DNA from: Anolis carolinensis
Taxonomy: Eukaryota
Length of the DNA: 64,000 nucleotides
Direction of reading: 5' to 3'
NCBI RefSeq assembly: GCF_035594765.1
Contig: NC_085841.1
Coordinates: 98,317,574-98,381,573 of the forward strand
A program made the translations under genes and the position numbers. How positions within the stretch are numbered: the first letter of the stretch is position 1; each line of letters begins with the position of its first letter. Under the pieces are notes generated by a model, which saw nothing but the letters and a program-made list of their open reading frames with translations, did not search any database and was not told the origin of the DNA. This document shows positions 34,852-47,508 of the stretch, piece after piece.

Positions 34852-36997
34852 CATCTAGAGTTTATGTGGTCTATCCAATGTAATTTTCTGAATCAGCACT
34901 CCAAACAACCCCAGGAACAGGCCTAAAAACGAGGACACCAAGTTGCTCCCACTTCCAGGTGTCACATGGAACGTCTCCGCTCAGTGGGAGGGAGGAGGAG
35001 AAGCAGCAGTCAGGAGGCTTGTTGTCATGCCTTTCATGGGTAGTCAGCCTCTCCTCTCTTGACATTCCCATTGCCTCGGCACTGTAAAAGGGTTTCGCAA
35101 GACCAGTCGCTCCCGTTGCAATGTTGAGGCCACGGACTATATTTTAGCACTGATGGTCCATGGACCACAGGTTGGGAAACACTGCTGTAATCTATCCCAT
35201 AATCAGAACTCCCCATTGAAACCTCAGAATCAAAAGAATAGTGTGTTTTATTGCCACCTCATCACATTGGGGTTTTTTTGGCCCCTTTTCCCTCTTCTGG
35301 ATGGGGACATTTCCCTTGCCATGATGGAGAGGTAAGTGTATTTTGAGTAGCTCCAATGGAGCTACCTGCATTTTTTTTTTGCCCTTGCCTTTATCTGATG
35401 GGTGAAAGCACAATGTGGCAAAGCACATTGCCGCCATTTCTCCCATCTGATGGGGCAGGGACAGGTCACCAATGGGCCTTGTCCCATCCCTGGTATGTGA
35501 TGGGAGCAGTGGGAGGGCCTGTGGGGTGGCACAAGGCGCCCTGCACAACTGTTGGCAAAACAACATGGCCCCAGGGGCTGTGTGAAGAGGTTCTAAATCG
35601 AAATCCAAAGACAGATCATATTGGTAATTCAGCAATTTTCTGTCTTTATGCAACATTTTTCATAGACAGGTATTTGATTGTTTATAAATGTACTTTGGAG
35701 ACTTTTCATTAACTATCAGTTCTGGTCTACTTTGCTATGGCAGAAATGTACATCATGTCTCATTGAAAATCAATCAAACGTAGAACTATTACATCTGCTG
35801 TGTTCTTCTTCACTTGGGGTCTTTGCCTGTTCATTTGCTTTGGATGCCCAGTAGCCGCTTTGAGTCTTCTTATGGAGAGAACAAGTAGGATATAAACAAC
35901 AACAACAACAACAACAAGTTGTATTTCTAAATGCTTCTCTGAAGTCGTATGTTACTGCAATGCCTGAAATTTGAAGGCCAAAGGAAAAAAATATCCAAAG
36001 GGGCATGATTCCTATTTGGACGGGGCAGTGGATTTTCCTTATGCCTCCTCACTAAATCTACATTTTCTCCTCTCTTTCTATTCTTCAAATTTATTTTTAT
36101 TAGCAACAGAAAAACCTACTCCAGAATGAACATTACAAGGGCAGGAGGAGGGTCATGGTACACAATGGTGACCCAATTCTTTGAAGCTACCTGTCTGAGA
36201 AATTCAGAAGGGTGAAAGATCTCAGTCAGTTTGGGAAAGGCAATGAGGCAATTTACTGCCTCATGAAGGTTGGGTAACCCATGAAAAATAATGTACTGGA
36301 GTCAGAGTCAGTTACATTTATGGAATGTGCAACAGCAACAGGAGTCTGAGCTATAGATGACCCATTAATTCCCTGTCAGCAGTTATCTAATGCAATTAGG
36401 ATTCCACCCACAGCACCTGCATGTATTGTAACACAGCGGGGCACCTCCGTGAGCGAACTTTTCAATGGGCCGCACTGTATTTACACAGTCGCTAACCAGA
36501 TTAGGGTGGCTGCACAGCTGTTTTCATTCTATTGTTCGTGGGTGGCTTTCAAACACTCACTTTGCCAGGATCCTTGAACCAACAACAGGATGAATCTCCT
36601 TCAGAGATACTTCCACACATATTCTTTCAGTGAAAGAAAGCAGTATTTTCTCTCTTGCAGTCCTTGAACTTGCTGGCTCTTTACCCCTTCATAAAATATA
36701 ACAGTTCAATCATATTTTCCTCCAATTTGCTTCACTAGTTGATGGGCTCTTTTTTCAAAGGTGCTAACATTAAGACATAGGAAAATACAGTTCAAACTGA
36801 AGAACAGCGCATAACAAGCAAAGGACTTAACAAGCAAGGCCTCTTGTATTTGAAGGGTGAATAGATGGTGGAGTCTGTTGTTGTTGAACATCTATGCCAT
36901 TTCTGAATTCAGTATGAATGTTTGCCTCATAAGAGCAAGATAAATGGTCAACACCAAGATTGTACCAAATTTATCACTTGTGAACTCATTTGAAAGA

Positions 36998-37375
36998 TCC
37001 AGTGTGGTATAGTGGTCTAAGTGTTGGACTTGGATTCTGGACACCAGGGTCAAATGCTCGCTTAGCCAGGAAACCCACTAATGACCTTGGGCAAGTAACA
37101 CCATCACAACCTTATTGGGGAGCAATGGCAAGCTTCCTGTGAACAAATCATGCCAAAACAAACCCTGTGATAGCTTTGTCTCAGGGCCCTTCCACACAGC
37201 CATATAATCCAGAATATCAAGGAAGAAAATCCCACAATATTTGCTTTGAACTGGGATATCTGAGTCAACAATGTCATATATTCCAGTTCAAAGAAGATTA
37301 TGTAGGATTTTATTCAGCTGTGTGGAAGGGACCTCAGATTATTTTAAGCTGGAAATGACTTAAGGGCACACAATA
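36998..37375 (+). mobile_element. Old tRNA-derived SINE interrupted by a MITE
   Basis: TGGTATAGTGG A-box, CORE-like GACCTTGGGCAAGT, and tail AAATGACTTAAGGGCACACAA. Related fragments at about 39020-39190 and 41820-41880. Confidence 0.65.
37184..37333. mobile_element. Harbinger-like MITE
   Basis: TIRs GGGCCCTTCCACACAGC and GCTGTGTGGAAGGGACC. 3-bp TSD TCA. Confidence 0.85.
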
Positions 37376-37804
37376 AACCTCCAGATGTGTCAAGAAATCA
37401 AACGTTTCTCACTAAGATGAAATAAGAAATGGCTATTTGAAACTGTTTCCATGGGTCTAAATCCAGTTCTAGCCCCAGCTAGAGGAGACCCATTGCATCT
37501 CTGAAAACTGTCCCCTGTTCCCAGCTGTGTCCCATCTGCTGTTTTTAGACTGGTATCAGGAAAAGTCTCATTGGAATCAATAGCTTGAAGAAGGGCCTTG
37601 GGATATTGGATTGAGAGGGTATATAAAGGGCCTGAAGCGGGACTTACATATTTGATTCAAAAAGACCTCTGGAAATCCCACCAAATTAAATCATTAAAAG
37701 AGAAATGTAGGCAGATGGGGCTTTCAGAGAACATATTTATTAAGGTACATGGTAAGTTCCTGTGGGATCACTACTGTGTGTGTGTGTGTGTTAATAGAAA
37801 AAGA

Positions 37805-38243
37805 CAAGTTTGCAGATGACACCAAATTGGGAGGGATAGCTAATACCCCAGAAGACAGGAGCAGAATTCAAAATGATCTTAACAGATGAGAGAGATGGTC
37901 TGAAACTAAAAAAAAAAATGAAGTTCAACAGGGACAAATGCAGGATACTCAATTTAAGCAGAAAAAAAAGAAATGCAAAGATACAGAATGGGGGATGCCT
38001 GGCTCATCACCAGTACGTGTAATAAATATCTTGGAGTCTTCGTGAACAACAAGTTAAACATGAGCCAACAATGTGATGTGGCAGCAAAAAAAGCCAATGA
38101 GACCTGCATAAATAGGAGCATAATGTCTAGATCCAGGGGAGTCATGCTACCTCTCTATTCTGCCTTGATCAGACCACACCTGGAATACTGTGTGTAATTC
38201 TGGGCACTGCAGTTTAAAGAAGATGTTACAATCTGGAATGTAT
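37805..38243 (+). mobile_element. CR1 ORF2 fragment
   Basis: KFADDTKLGG...RPHLEYCV with frameshifts. Confidence 0.9.
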
Positions 38244-38364
38244 CCTGACTGATAACTTTACACAAAGTTCTGAATATTTGGTTTTTTCTACTTGAACGTG
38301 AAAATGAAAAGTCTGGTACTGGCAAGAATTTTCTCTGTAAGTGCTCATTGCAGCAGAAAATAAG

Positions 38365-38888
38365 CTTGTTCCCTCCTCCCTATGACTTCCCCTTACATAT
38401 TATACATGGCTATCATGTCTCCTCTCAGCCTTCTCTTCTGCAGGCTAAACATGCCCAGCTCTTTAAGCCGTTCCTCATAGGGCTTGTTCTCCAGACCCTT
38501 GATTCTTTTAGTCACCCTCCTCTGGACACATTCCAGCTTGCCAACATCTCCCTTAAACTGCGGTGCATAGAATTGGACACAGCATTCCAGATGTGATCTG
38601 ACCAAGGCAGAATAGAGGGGTAGCATGACTTCCCTTGGATCTAGACACTATACTCCTATTTATGCAGGCCAAAATCCCATTGGCTTTTTTAGCCTCCGTA
38701 TGACATTGTTGGCTCATGTTCACCTTCCTGTCCACAAGGACCCCAAGATCTTTTTCATATGTACTGCCGTTGAGCCTATCGTCCCCCATTCAGTACATTA
38801 CATTTCATTTTTTCTGCCTAAGTGGAATATCTTGCATTTGTTCCTGTTGAACTTCATTTTGTTAGTTTGTGACCATCTCTCTAATCTG
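38365..38888 (-). mobile_element. CR1 ORF2 fragment
   Basis: ORFs 38393-38626 and 38553-38789: [33 protein letters not shown]. Confidence 0.9.
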
Positions 38889-40000
38889 GAAGGACTCATT
38901 TAATTTTTGCTTTTCATAGACTTAGCATGGGGATTTGGTTAACCAGTTAAAATTCTTAAGTAAACCATGTTTTTTTAATCTGAAAAATCCCTCCCCCCCC
39001 CCCCCCCCCGTTGGCTACAGCCCAGGCTTGGACACAGGGAGACTATGGTTCAAATTCCTGTTTGGCCATGAAAACCCAGCCCCAAAGGGAGGCAAAGGAA
39101 ATCCAGATCTGAACAAATTCTACCAAGAAAACTCATGATAGATTCACTCGAGGATTGCCATAAATTAGAAATGACTTGAAAGCACACGACAGCAAGTCTT
39201 GACATCACATCTTTAACCTGCTGCTTATCCTGACTCCCTTCAATGCCATATGATAAAAAATACTCCTGAAATAAGATACTATTTCAGATCATTTCTATGC
39301 ACTGCTCTAATTGCAGAGTTCATATCAGCAGCAGTCCCTTGCCTTTCTGATTCCCTGGAAATGCATGCCTAAAGTGGAACCCATGGATCTCCTCTTGAGC
39401 TGGGACTTCCTGATTTCTCTTTGGTCAATCATTCTCCCTTAAACTGCCCCATTGTTTCCCACTTCACCCTTGCCCTCTGCCATCGACAGATGCTTCCTGC
39501 ATAAGAAATGGTTTGCTTATAGTCTGCAGGCATGTGTATAGATTAGTTTCAACCATTTTGTTAGACTTTTGTATGAAAAAACAATGTATAAAAATAAACA
39601 GCATTGTGTTAAGGTGCAAGTGTGGTGCAATCAATTTCTTTCCTTTGCTTTCTTTTCTATTTATCTCTTGGGAAGAACCATTTTCCTGGCTGTGTGTGGA
39701 AGACTTTACAGCAAATAAATAAATCTGAACTCATGTTTAATATATTGGTATAAAATGTCTTCGATAGATAAAGTGGCCCATACTGTACCTGCAAAAAAAT
39801 TAGAACTATTTGTTCGTTTTTTTCATTTTTGCATCTTGACACTGACTAGAAATACTGTTAGAATATATAATGGTTTGCAGTCATGCATACATTACAATGC
39901 AGAACCTATTCCTCAAAGAAACAGAGGGAGATGGTGGTAAGAGTACATTTTTTCTTTTTATATTAAGCATTTGGGGACTAAATGTATCTTAAGATGCATT

Positions 40001-41154
40001 TAGATGTGGGGAACGCCATGGATGTAGCGTGGATTTCAGTAAGGCCTTCGACAAAGTCCCCCATGACCTTCTGGCAAACAAACTAGTAAAATGTGGGCTA
40101 GACAAAACTACAGTTAGGTGGATTTGTAATTGGTTAAGCGAACGAACCCAAAGGGTGCTCAACAATGCGTCGTCTTCATCTTGGAAAGAAGTCACGAGTG
40201 GAGTGCCGCAGGGTTCCGTCCTGGGCCCGGTTCTGTTCAACATCTTTATTAATGACTTAGACGAAGGGTTAGAAGGCACGGTCATCAAGTTTGCAGACGA
40301 CACCAAACTGGGAGGGATAGCTAACACTCCAGAAGACAGGAGCAGAATTCAAAATGATCTTAACAGACTAGAGAGATGGGCCGAAACTAACAAAATGAAG
40401 TTCAACAAGGACAAATGCAAAATACTTCACTTCGGCAGAAAAAATGAAATACAAAGATACAGAATGGGGGATGCCTGGCTTGACAGCAGTACGTGTGGAA
40501 AAGATCTTTGAGTCCTCGTGGACAAGAAGTTAAACATGAGCCTACAATGTGATGCAGTGGCTAAAAAAGCCAACGGGATATTGGCCTCCATCAATAGGAG
40601 TATAGTGTCTAGATCCAGGGAAGTCATGTTCCCCCTCTATTCTACCTTGGTCAGACCACACCTGGAATACTGTGTCCAATTCTGGGCACTGCAATTGAAG
40701 GGAGATGTTGACAAGCTGGAAAGGGTCCAGAGGAGGGCGACTAAAATGATTAAGGGTCTGGAGAACAAGCCCTATGAGGAGCGGCTGAAAGAGCTGGTTA
40801 TGTTTAGCCTGCAGAAGAGAAGGCATAGAGGAGACATGATAGCCATGTATAAATATGTGAGGGGAAGTCATAGGGAGGAGGGAGCAAACTTGTTTTCTGG
40901 CTTTAAACTACAAGAAAGGAGATTCCACCTGAACATCAGGAAGAACTTCCTCACTGTGAGAGCTGTTCGGCAGTGGACATCTCTGCCCTGGAGTGTGGTG
41001 GAGGCTCCTTCTTTGGAGGCTTTTAAGCAGAGGCTGGATGGCCATCTGTCAGGGGTGTTTTGAATGTGATTTTCCTGCTTCTTAGAAGGGGGTTGGACTG
41101 GATGGCCCATGAGGTCTCTTCCAACTCTATGATTCTATGATTCTATGATTCTAT
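40001..41154 (+). mobile_element. 5'-truncated CR1 LINE
   Basis: DFSKAFD, GVPQGSVLGP, KFADDT, YEERL. Stop at 40509-40511. (ATTCTATG)n 3' tail. Confidence 0.95.
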
Positions 41155-41238
41155 AATTTTATTAGACTATGAGCTCTAGTGGTGTCCTTGGTGCCCTTGG
41201 TGTAGAAGACAGGCACCTCCTCCAAAGAGACGTTGCAA

Positions 41239-41240
<2 letters not shown>

Positions 41241-41277
<37 letters not shown>
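41241..41277. repeat. (GA)n microsatellite
   Basis: Direct dinucleotide run. Confidence 0.95.
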
Positions 41278-41280
<3 letters not shown>

Positions 41281-42724
41281 CTGGGACAGAATGCTTGAGG
41301 CCGGAGCAATCCGAGGAGATGGCAATGCTTAATCGGGGTGAAGGGACGCAAGAGGCCACCATTTCTCTTTCTCTCCTCCCAAGGAGCCTGCCTTTTCTGG
41401 CACCATGATCCCCAAGAAGGAACAAATGAATGAATGAACGAAGAGAGAAAGGAAGCCAAGAAAGGGAATGAGGGAGGAAGGAAGCCAAGAAAAAGAGGAC
41501 AGAAAGAAAGAAGCTAAGGAGGGAAGGAGGGAGACTTGAAAAGAGAGGGCCAGTGGAAATTTGAACAGGGACCACAATTGGCTCCCATTCCGGACTTTGG
41601 ACATGCCTGCCTCATAGGTTGTCTTCAAAACTTCATTGAAACTGTGGATTATATAGTTGACATCATGTACATATATTGGGGGGAGGATATACTTATAAGT
41701 GTACAGGCCACAAGGGAAGAAAGGGCAGAGACTATTCAGGCAGTCAGCGAAAAGATCTCAAGACACTGGAGAGTGGTGGATCTGTAGGAGCAAAAGCATG
41801 GATGTATGGGGGTTAGGAAAGCCAGTGTGGTGTAATGCTTTGAGCATTGGATTATGACCAAGGATCAGGGTTTGCCATCCCTAAGCCTCAGATTTTGACT
41901 CTGAAATCTCAGAGCCTGGGATGCTCTTGACCTAACAAGACTTTGGAATATATGGGGGGGGGGGAATGGAAGGGGGAGAAGATTACGGTGGGTTTTGAAG
42001 GCCCAAGAACAAGGACTAATCACCAGCGACTGCGCAGACCCAGCTGTGATAGGACAGGGTTTTGTTTTGTTTTGGTTTTTTTTTGCAGAGAAGAATGTCT
42101 TGGGAGAGGCATTAAGTTCAGTCTGTTAGGCTTTTCTTGATACTATCACAAAAACTATTTGTGCATCATTATCAATAGTATGCCATTTGTCTAACAGAGC
42201 TGACTGTTTGCTCAGCCCAGCAAGATTGCAGTCTGGCTTGCATTAAGTACCTCTTGTTGTCTCTCTCCACCTCCTTCTCTGACCTTCATTAACTCTCCTG
42301 TCAGTCATAAAGTATCAACAGCCACACAAAGTGCAAAGAATCATGTTACAATTTAGAAGCCACTGTGGGCTGAAAGCAACATGGGCAAGATTTATCTTAG
42401 CCATTTAAAAGATGCAATGAAATTCTGGCTATGTAAACAGAGAACTAGCTAAATAGGAACCAGCACTTCAAAATGAGCATAGCTGTGGTGTACTGTACAT
42501 GCCTCATGTCCTTAAGAAACAGACTTGTATATTTCCTGAGATATTTCAGGAAAATCTAATTTCATACTCATGGGATTGCCATATTTGCTTTCGCTGCTTT
42601 AAAAAGGCCAGGAAATCCTCATGAGCTGTTTTGCCTCTTTGCACTGTATAAAGTATGTTGTTTATTTCACACTATTTCTCACTAAGAGCATTCGGTAGTG
42701 TTAATCAGGTAAGGTAACAAGAAA

Positions 42725-42960
42725 TAGATTGCCAAAACGTACTAAAAGTGTCTGTTCCATGAGATATTGAAGCTAAGCTGGCTTAGGTCTGGTTAATACT
42801 TGGATGGAAGACTACCCACACATACTAGGTGTCATAGACTGTATTTCAGAAGAAGGAACTGGCAAAACCACCTTTGATTATTCCTTGCCAAATAAAACCC
42901 TATGAAATGCATGGAGTTATAATTAGTTGACAAGCAATTTGAAGGCAATACACATACAAA
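42725..42960 (+). mobile_element. 5S rRNA-derived SINE (SINE3-type)
   Basis: GAAGCTAAG...GTCTGGTTAATACTTGGATGGAAGAC resembles the 5S internal control region. Followed by a non-5S body and a TTGAAGGCAATACACATAC tail. Confidence 0.75.
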
Positions 42961-45696
42961 ATGAATAAAATACCACATGCAATACATTCAAAGCCAGTTG
43001 CTAGCCACATTTCCCTGCAAAGTAATGTTTTGTTTTAATATTATTTACATCTTGCTATATTCCCATGCCTTTCTCCTAGAACTGAAATTCAAAGCAGCTT
43101 ACCAAAACCAAAACAGATGCAATTTAAAAAGCATGGATTTTTTTAAAATGCAAAAGATTATAATTTTAAAAAAGTAATTAAACTAGATTTAAACATTTGT
43201 GAATTAAAAGAAAGTTTTAAAACGCATCAATTAAAAAAATATCAAAGAAGTACTGTACAGCAGTCTGTTTAAAGGCCCTTTCCTTAAACCAGGTAGTTAG
43301 GCTTGCTAGATTATTAAAGTATTTGCCTGGGGTTGAACATGAATGGAGAGGGACCCAGCTAGCTCTTGTTGAAAGAGTATAGAAGAGCTGGTGAGCATAT
43401 GCATGGGGATTTAGGGTCAGGTATAAATCCAGGTGTGAGATGCATCTAAGCAAAGAGGACTCCAAAATTTTACAAGAATCATGTGAGCTACACTACTGCA
43501 AAGCAATCATTTTGATAGGCTCGCATGGTGGAATCATGCATGCTCTGGAACTCAGCAGGAAGCAATATATTCTTCAGAATTTTTTCATTGCATTTTACCT
43601 ATACAGAGTAGACCACCCACTATAATGGGGACATGACCCCCTTGGAAGCTGAGAAACCTAATAAGAAAACCCCTGCTTTAAAAAAAAAATCTCTATGACT
43701 CTCTGTGCTGGAGAATTTAGAGTTATGCTGGAGGTGCTAGAGAGGCATAGAGGCATGTGGTCCCTTTAGAAATCTTTATGTCCTCCAGCATGACTCAAAG
43801 ATCAATTTGAGCAGACTTAGAGATTTTTGGGCAGAACACATTAATCAAACCCTTCCCTTTGTGCTTGGGGCCTCTTTATAGATCAGGAGTACTATGCACA
43901 GATAGTAATGCCATTTATTTTTCCAAATCGACATGGCTACATAAGTGAGAGCTTGAGGAATCCCAAAGGATGAATGGAGAATTATCTCTTCATCAATAGT
44001 TACTGGTTCTTATAATTAAGTATAACCTCTGTGTGGAAGTACCATGCACTCTAATTACTGAGGCTAGAAAAGTAAATCCCATTATCCTCAGTAAAGTCTG
44101 CTCTCAATTGTAGGAAGCACATCAAATGTTAAAAAATGATTGGCATTGTAGTCCAACAAGGTCTGGACCAATTACAGATTTTTCATGACAGTTCTAAATA
44201 GACCAACACATGTAAAAGTCTGGTAAGCAACCATCAGAAACATCCTTATACACTACCAAAAAAAGGGGAGAGGGAGTGAGTGACCTAGAAAACTAGCAGT
44301 TTTTTCTAGGGGAGCAAGCTTCTTCCTTTGGGAAACAAAGTACAGAAACAAAGTTTGCTAACACTTTGGGGGGAGAAGGGGGGCAACAGTTCTCAAGCTC
44401 CTTCAGCCAGCATGACCAGAAGAGAATTACTTCATTAATTTTCTGATTCCAAAAGGATCAACACACAGCTAAATGGCTTTGTGTCTTCATTTTTGCCAGC
44501 TTTGGAAGGATAACATGCAGAAATGGGCTTTCATCAAACTAAATTTAGGACATTCAACTTTTATCCTTTGTCCAGTAAGTCATATGATATATCACCTTCT
44601 CGCCTTCTGTGTTAAAATTGTTGGGAGATAGATGTTAAATCCAGTGGAAAAGTTGCCTGTTAGCACCCTTACTAATGAGATGGTCTGGAGGCTGGGCAAT
44701 ATTTCTTCCATGCTTCTGGAATTACACAACAGAACTCTTTTAAACAAAGGAAAGTTTAACTTGGCAGGTGAATATTCAGCTCTAGCACAAGATTTGTGTT
44801 CTAGGCAAGAACTCCCAGCATGAGATACTCTTTTATTACCATAATTTATATGTTGCAAAGAAATGTAGGATCCAGTCCAGAGTTATGCAAAGGTAACATG
44901 TAGGTAGGCTAACTGTAGGTGAGAGTAGAAGTGATTTGCCTGGATCTGTGGCTGAGGTCCAAAGTAAGTTATAGTTGCCTGATTTGTACCGTCTCATTTA
45001 TGTCCATGCTGGTTTACCTATGAAAACAGAACAGTGGGTCAATTTTCCCAGTCTGTGAAATAAATTATACTTTTCAAATGAGCAATGCACCTCACATCCT
45101 GTTTGTGCTGCAGGGCAGCTAATGGTCACACAGCAAGAGAAAAGACATTTTGGATGAGAAATGTGATCTGTATGGCTTGTGCACCCCCATGCCATACAGA
45201 TCACACTTCTCACCCAAAATGTCTCCTTGTTCTGAGATGACAGAATATTTATTTAACTGCGTGTTCTTATATTTCTTCAATAAAGTTTACTTAGCAGAAG
45301 TTGGTGGTCTCACTCCTTTTCCTTCTTATTTCCAGTTCAAGAAGGCCACCTGAAAACCTAGGTTTTAATAATCATGCACAATGACTCTGGGCTTCAGAAA
45401 GTTACTTATCTGGAAAATATCACCTAGAATCCTCCTGCCCAGTGATGGGGGGATTATGGGATTTCCCATACTCTTCAGCGGCCGCATGAAATGTGGAGTG
45501 ATAGCTGTGTATTCTATGTCATTCTGGATTCAGTGTTCAAGGATGTGTCCATGGTGCTGCATCTATCATTGGTGAGATTTCAGATCTTAGATAGCTCTTT
45601 TGAAATGCATACTAAGCTTGAGGTGGATTTGCCTTGTCATTAATGTGGAAACTGCTAGTCCCCACTGTAAATGTGGAAATACATTAGTAGATGGGT

Positions 45697-47428
45697 GATA
45701 GGACCTCTGCAAGGAGAAGATAGGGTGATGGTGACAAGGGAAAGGGAAAAGGCAGAACTATTTAATGCCTTCTTTGCCTCAGTCTTTCACAAAAAGAAAG
45801 CCAGTCTCAACCTCAGCAACATGGAGTGGATGAAGGATTGGGGAAAATCCAACTCAAATAGGGAAAGAAGTTGTCCAGGAATACCTGGCTGCTCTAAATG
45901 AATTTAAGCTTCCAGGGCCAGATCAACTATACCTAAGAGTATTGAAGGAACTAGCGGAAGTTATTTCAGAACCACTAGTAATCATTTTTGAGAGGTCTTG
46001 GAGAACGGGAGAAGTCCCCGCATATTGGAGGAGGGCGAATGTGGTCCCTATCTTCAAGAAGGGAAAAAAGGACGACCCAAACAATTACTGTCCGGTTAGC
46101 CTCACGTCGACACTAGGCAAAGATTCTGGAAAAGACCATTAAGGAAGTGGTCTGCAAACACTTAGAAACAAATGTGGTCATTGCTAATAGTCAATACGGA
46201 TTTACCAAAAACAAATCATGCCAGACTAATCTGACCTCTTTTTTCAATAGAGTTACAAGCTGGGTAGATGCAGGGAATGCCGTGGATGTAGCATATCTGG
46301 ATTTCAGTAAGGCCTTTGACAAGGTCCCCCATGACCTTCTGGCAAACAAACTAGTAAAATGTGGGCTAGGCAAAACTACAGTTAGGTGGATCTGTAATTG
46401 GCTAAGCGAACAAACCCAAAGGGTGCTCACCAATGTGTTCTCTTCATCTTGGAAAGAAGTCACGAGTGGAGTGTCGCAGGGCTCCATCCTGGGCCTGGTT
46501 CTGTTCAACATCTTTATTAACGACTTAGACGAAGGGTTAGAAGGCACGATCATCAAGTTTGCAGACGACACCAAATTGGGAGGGATAGCTAACACTCCAG
46601 AAGACAGGAGCAGAATTCAAAATGATCTTAACAGATTAGAGAAATGGGCGGAAACTAACAAAATGAAGTTCAACAGGGACAAATGCAAGATACCTCACTT
46701 CGGCAGAAAAAATGAAATACAAAGATACAGAATGGGGGATGCCTGGCTCGACAGCAGTATGTGTGAAAAAACCTTGGAGTCCTTGTGGACAACAAGTTAA
46801 ACATGAGCCTACAATGTGATGTGGTGGCAAAAAAAGCCAATGGAATTTTGGCCTGCATCAATAGGGGTATAGCATCTAGATCCAGGGAAGTCATGCTACC
46901 CCTCTATTCTGCCTTGGTCAGACCACAGCTGGAATACTGTGTCCAATTCTGGGCACCGCAGTTGAAGGGGAATGTTGACAAGCTGGAAAGGATCCAGAGG
47001 AGGGCGACTAAAATGATTAAGAGTCTGGAGAATAAGCCCTATGAGGAGCGGCTGAAAGAGCTGGGCATGTTTAGCCTGGAGAAGAGAAGGCTGAGAGGAG
47101 ACATGATAACCATGTATAAATATGTGAGGGGAAGTCATAGGGAGGAGGGAGCAAGCTTGTTTTCTGCTGCCCTGGAGATGAGGATGCGGAACAATGGCTT
47201 CAAACTACAGGAAAAGAGATTTCACCTGAACATCAGGAAGAACTTCCTCACTGTGAGAGCTGTTCAGCAGTGGAACTCTCTCCCCCGGACAGTAGTGGAG
47301 GCTTTTAAGCAGAGGCTGGATGGCCACCTGTCAGGGGTGCTTTGAATGAGATTTTCCTGCTTCTTGCAGGGGGTTGGACTGGATGGCCCATGAGGTCTCT
47401 TCCAACTCTACGATTCTATGATTCTATG
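45697..47428 (+). mobile_element. 5'-truncated CR1 LINE (1.7 kb, frameshifted)
   Basis: EKAELFNAFFASVF, ANVVPIFKKG, LDFSKAFD, KFADDT, YEERL. (ATTCTATG)n tail. Confidence 0.95.
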
Positions 47429-47508
47429 GAGGGCAACTGGCCAGAGTTGGTAGCAGGGCTCAGTACTGCTGGAGACCTCTCAAGAGTCATTGCCAGTAGG
47501 GATCCAAC

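Larger units (their letters stand above)
28063..35184. mobile_element. hAT MITE (about 600 bp) split by the full-length L1
   Basis: TIRs CAAAGGTTCCCAACC and GGTTGGGAAACACTG. 8-bp TSD CTCTAATC/CTGTAATC (7/8). Subterminal GACCAGGGACCACTTT-like repeats at 28085-28160. Confidence 0.8.

Noticed and set aside
41165-41617. Complete hAT element ending GGACATGCCTG
   Set aside because: Only a right-end-like motif is visible. I found no matching left TIR or TSD.
42725-42840. Functional 5S rRNA gene
   Set aside because: Heavily diverged and fused to a SINE body, and not in a tandem rDNA array.
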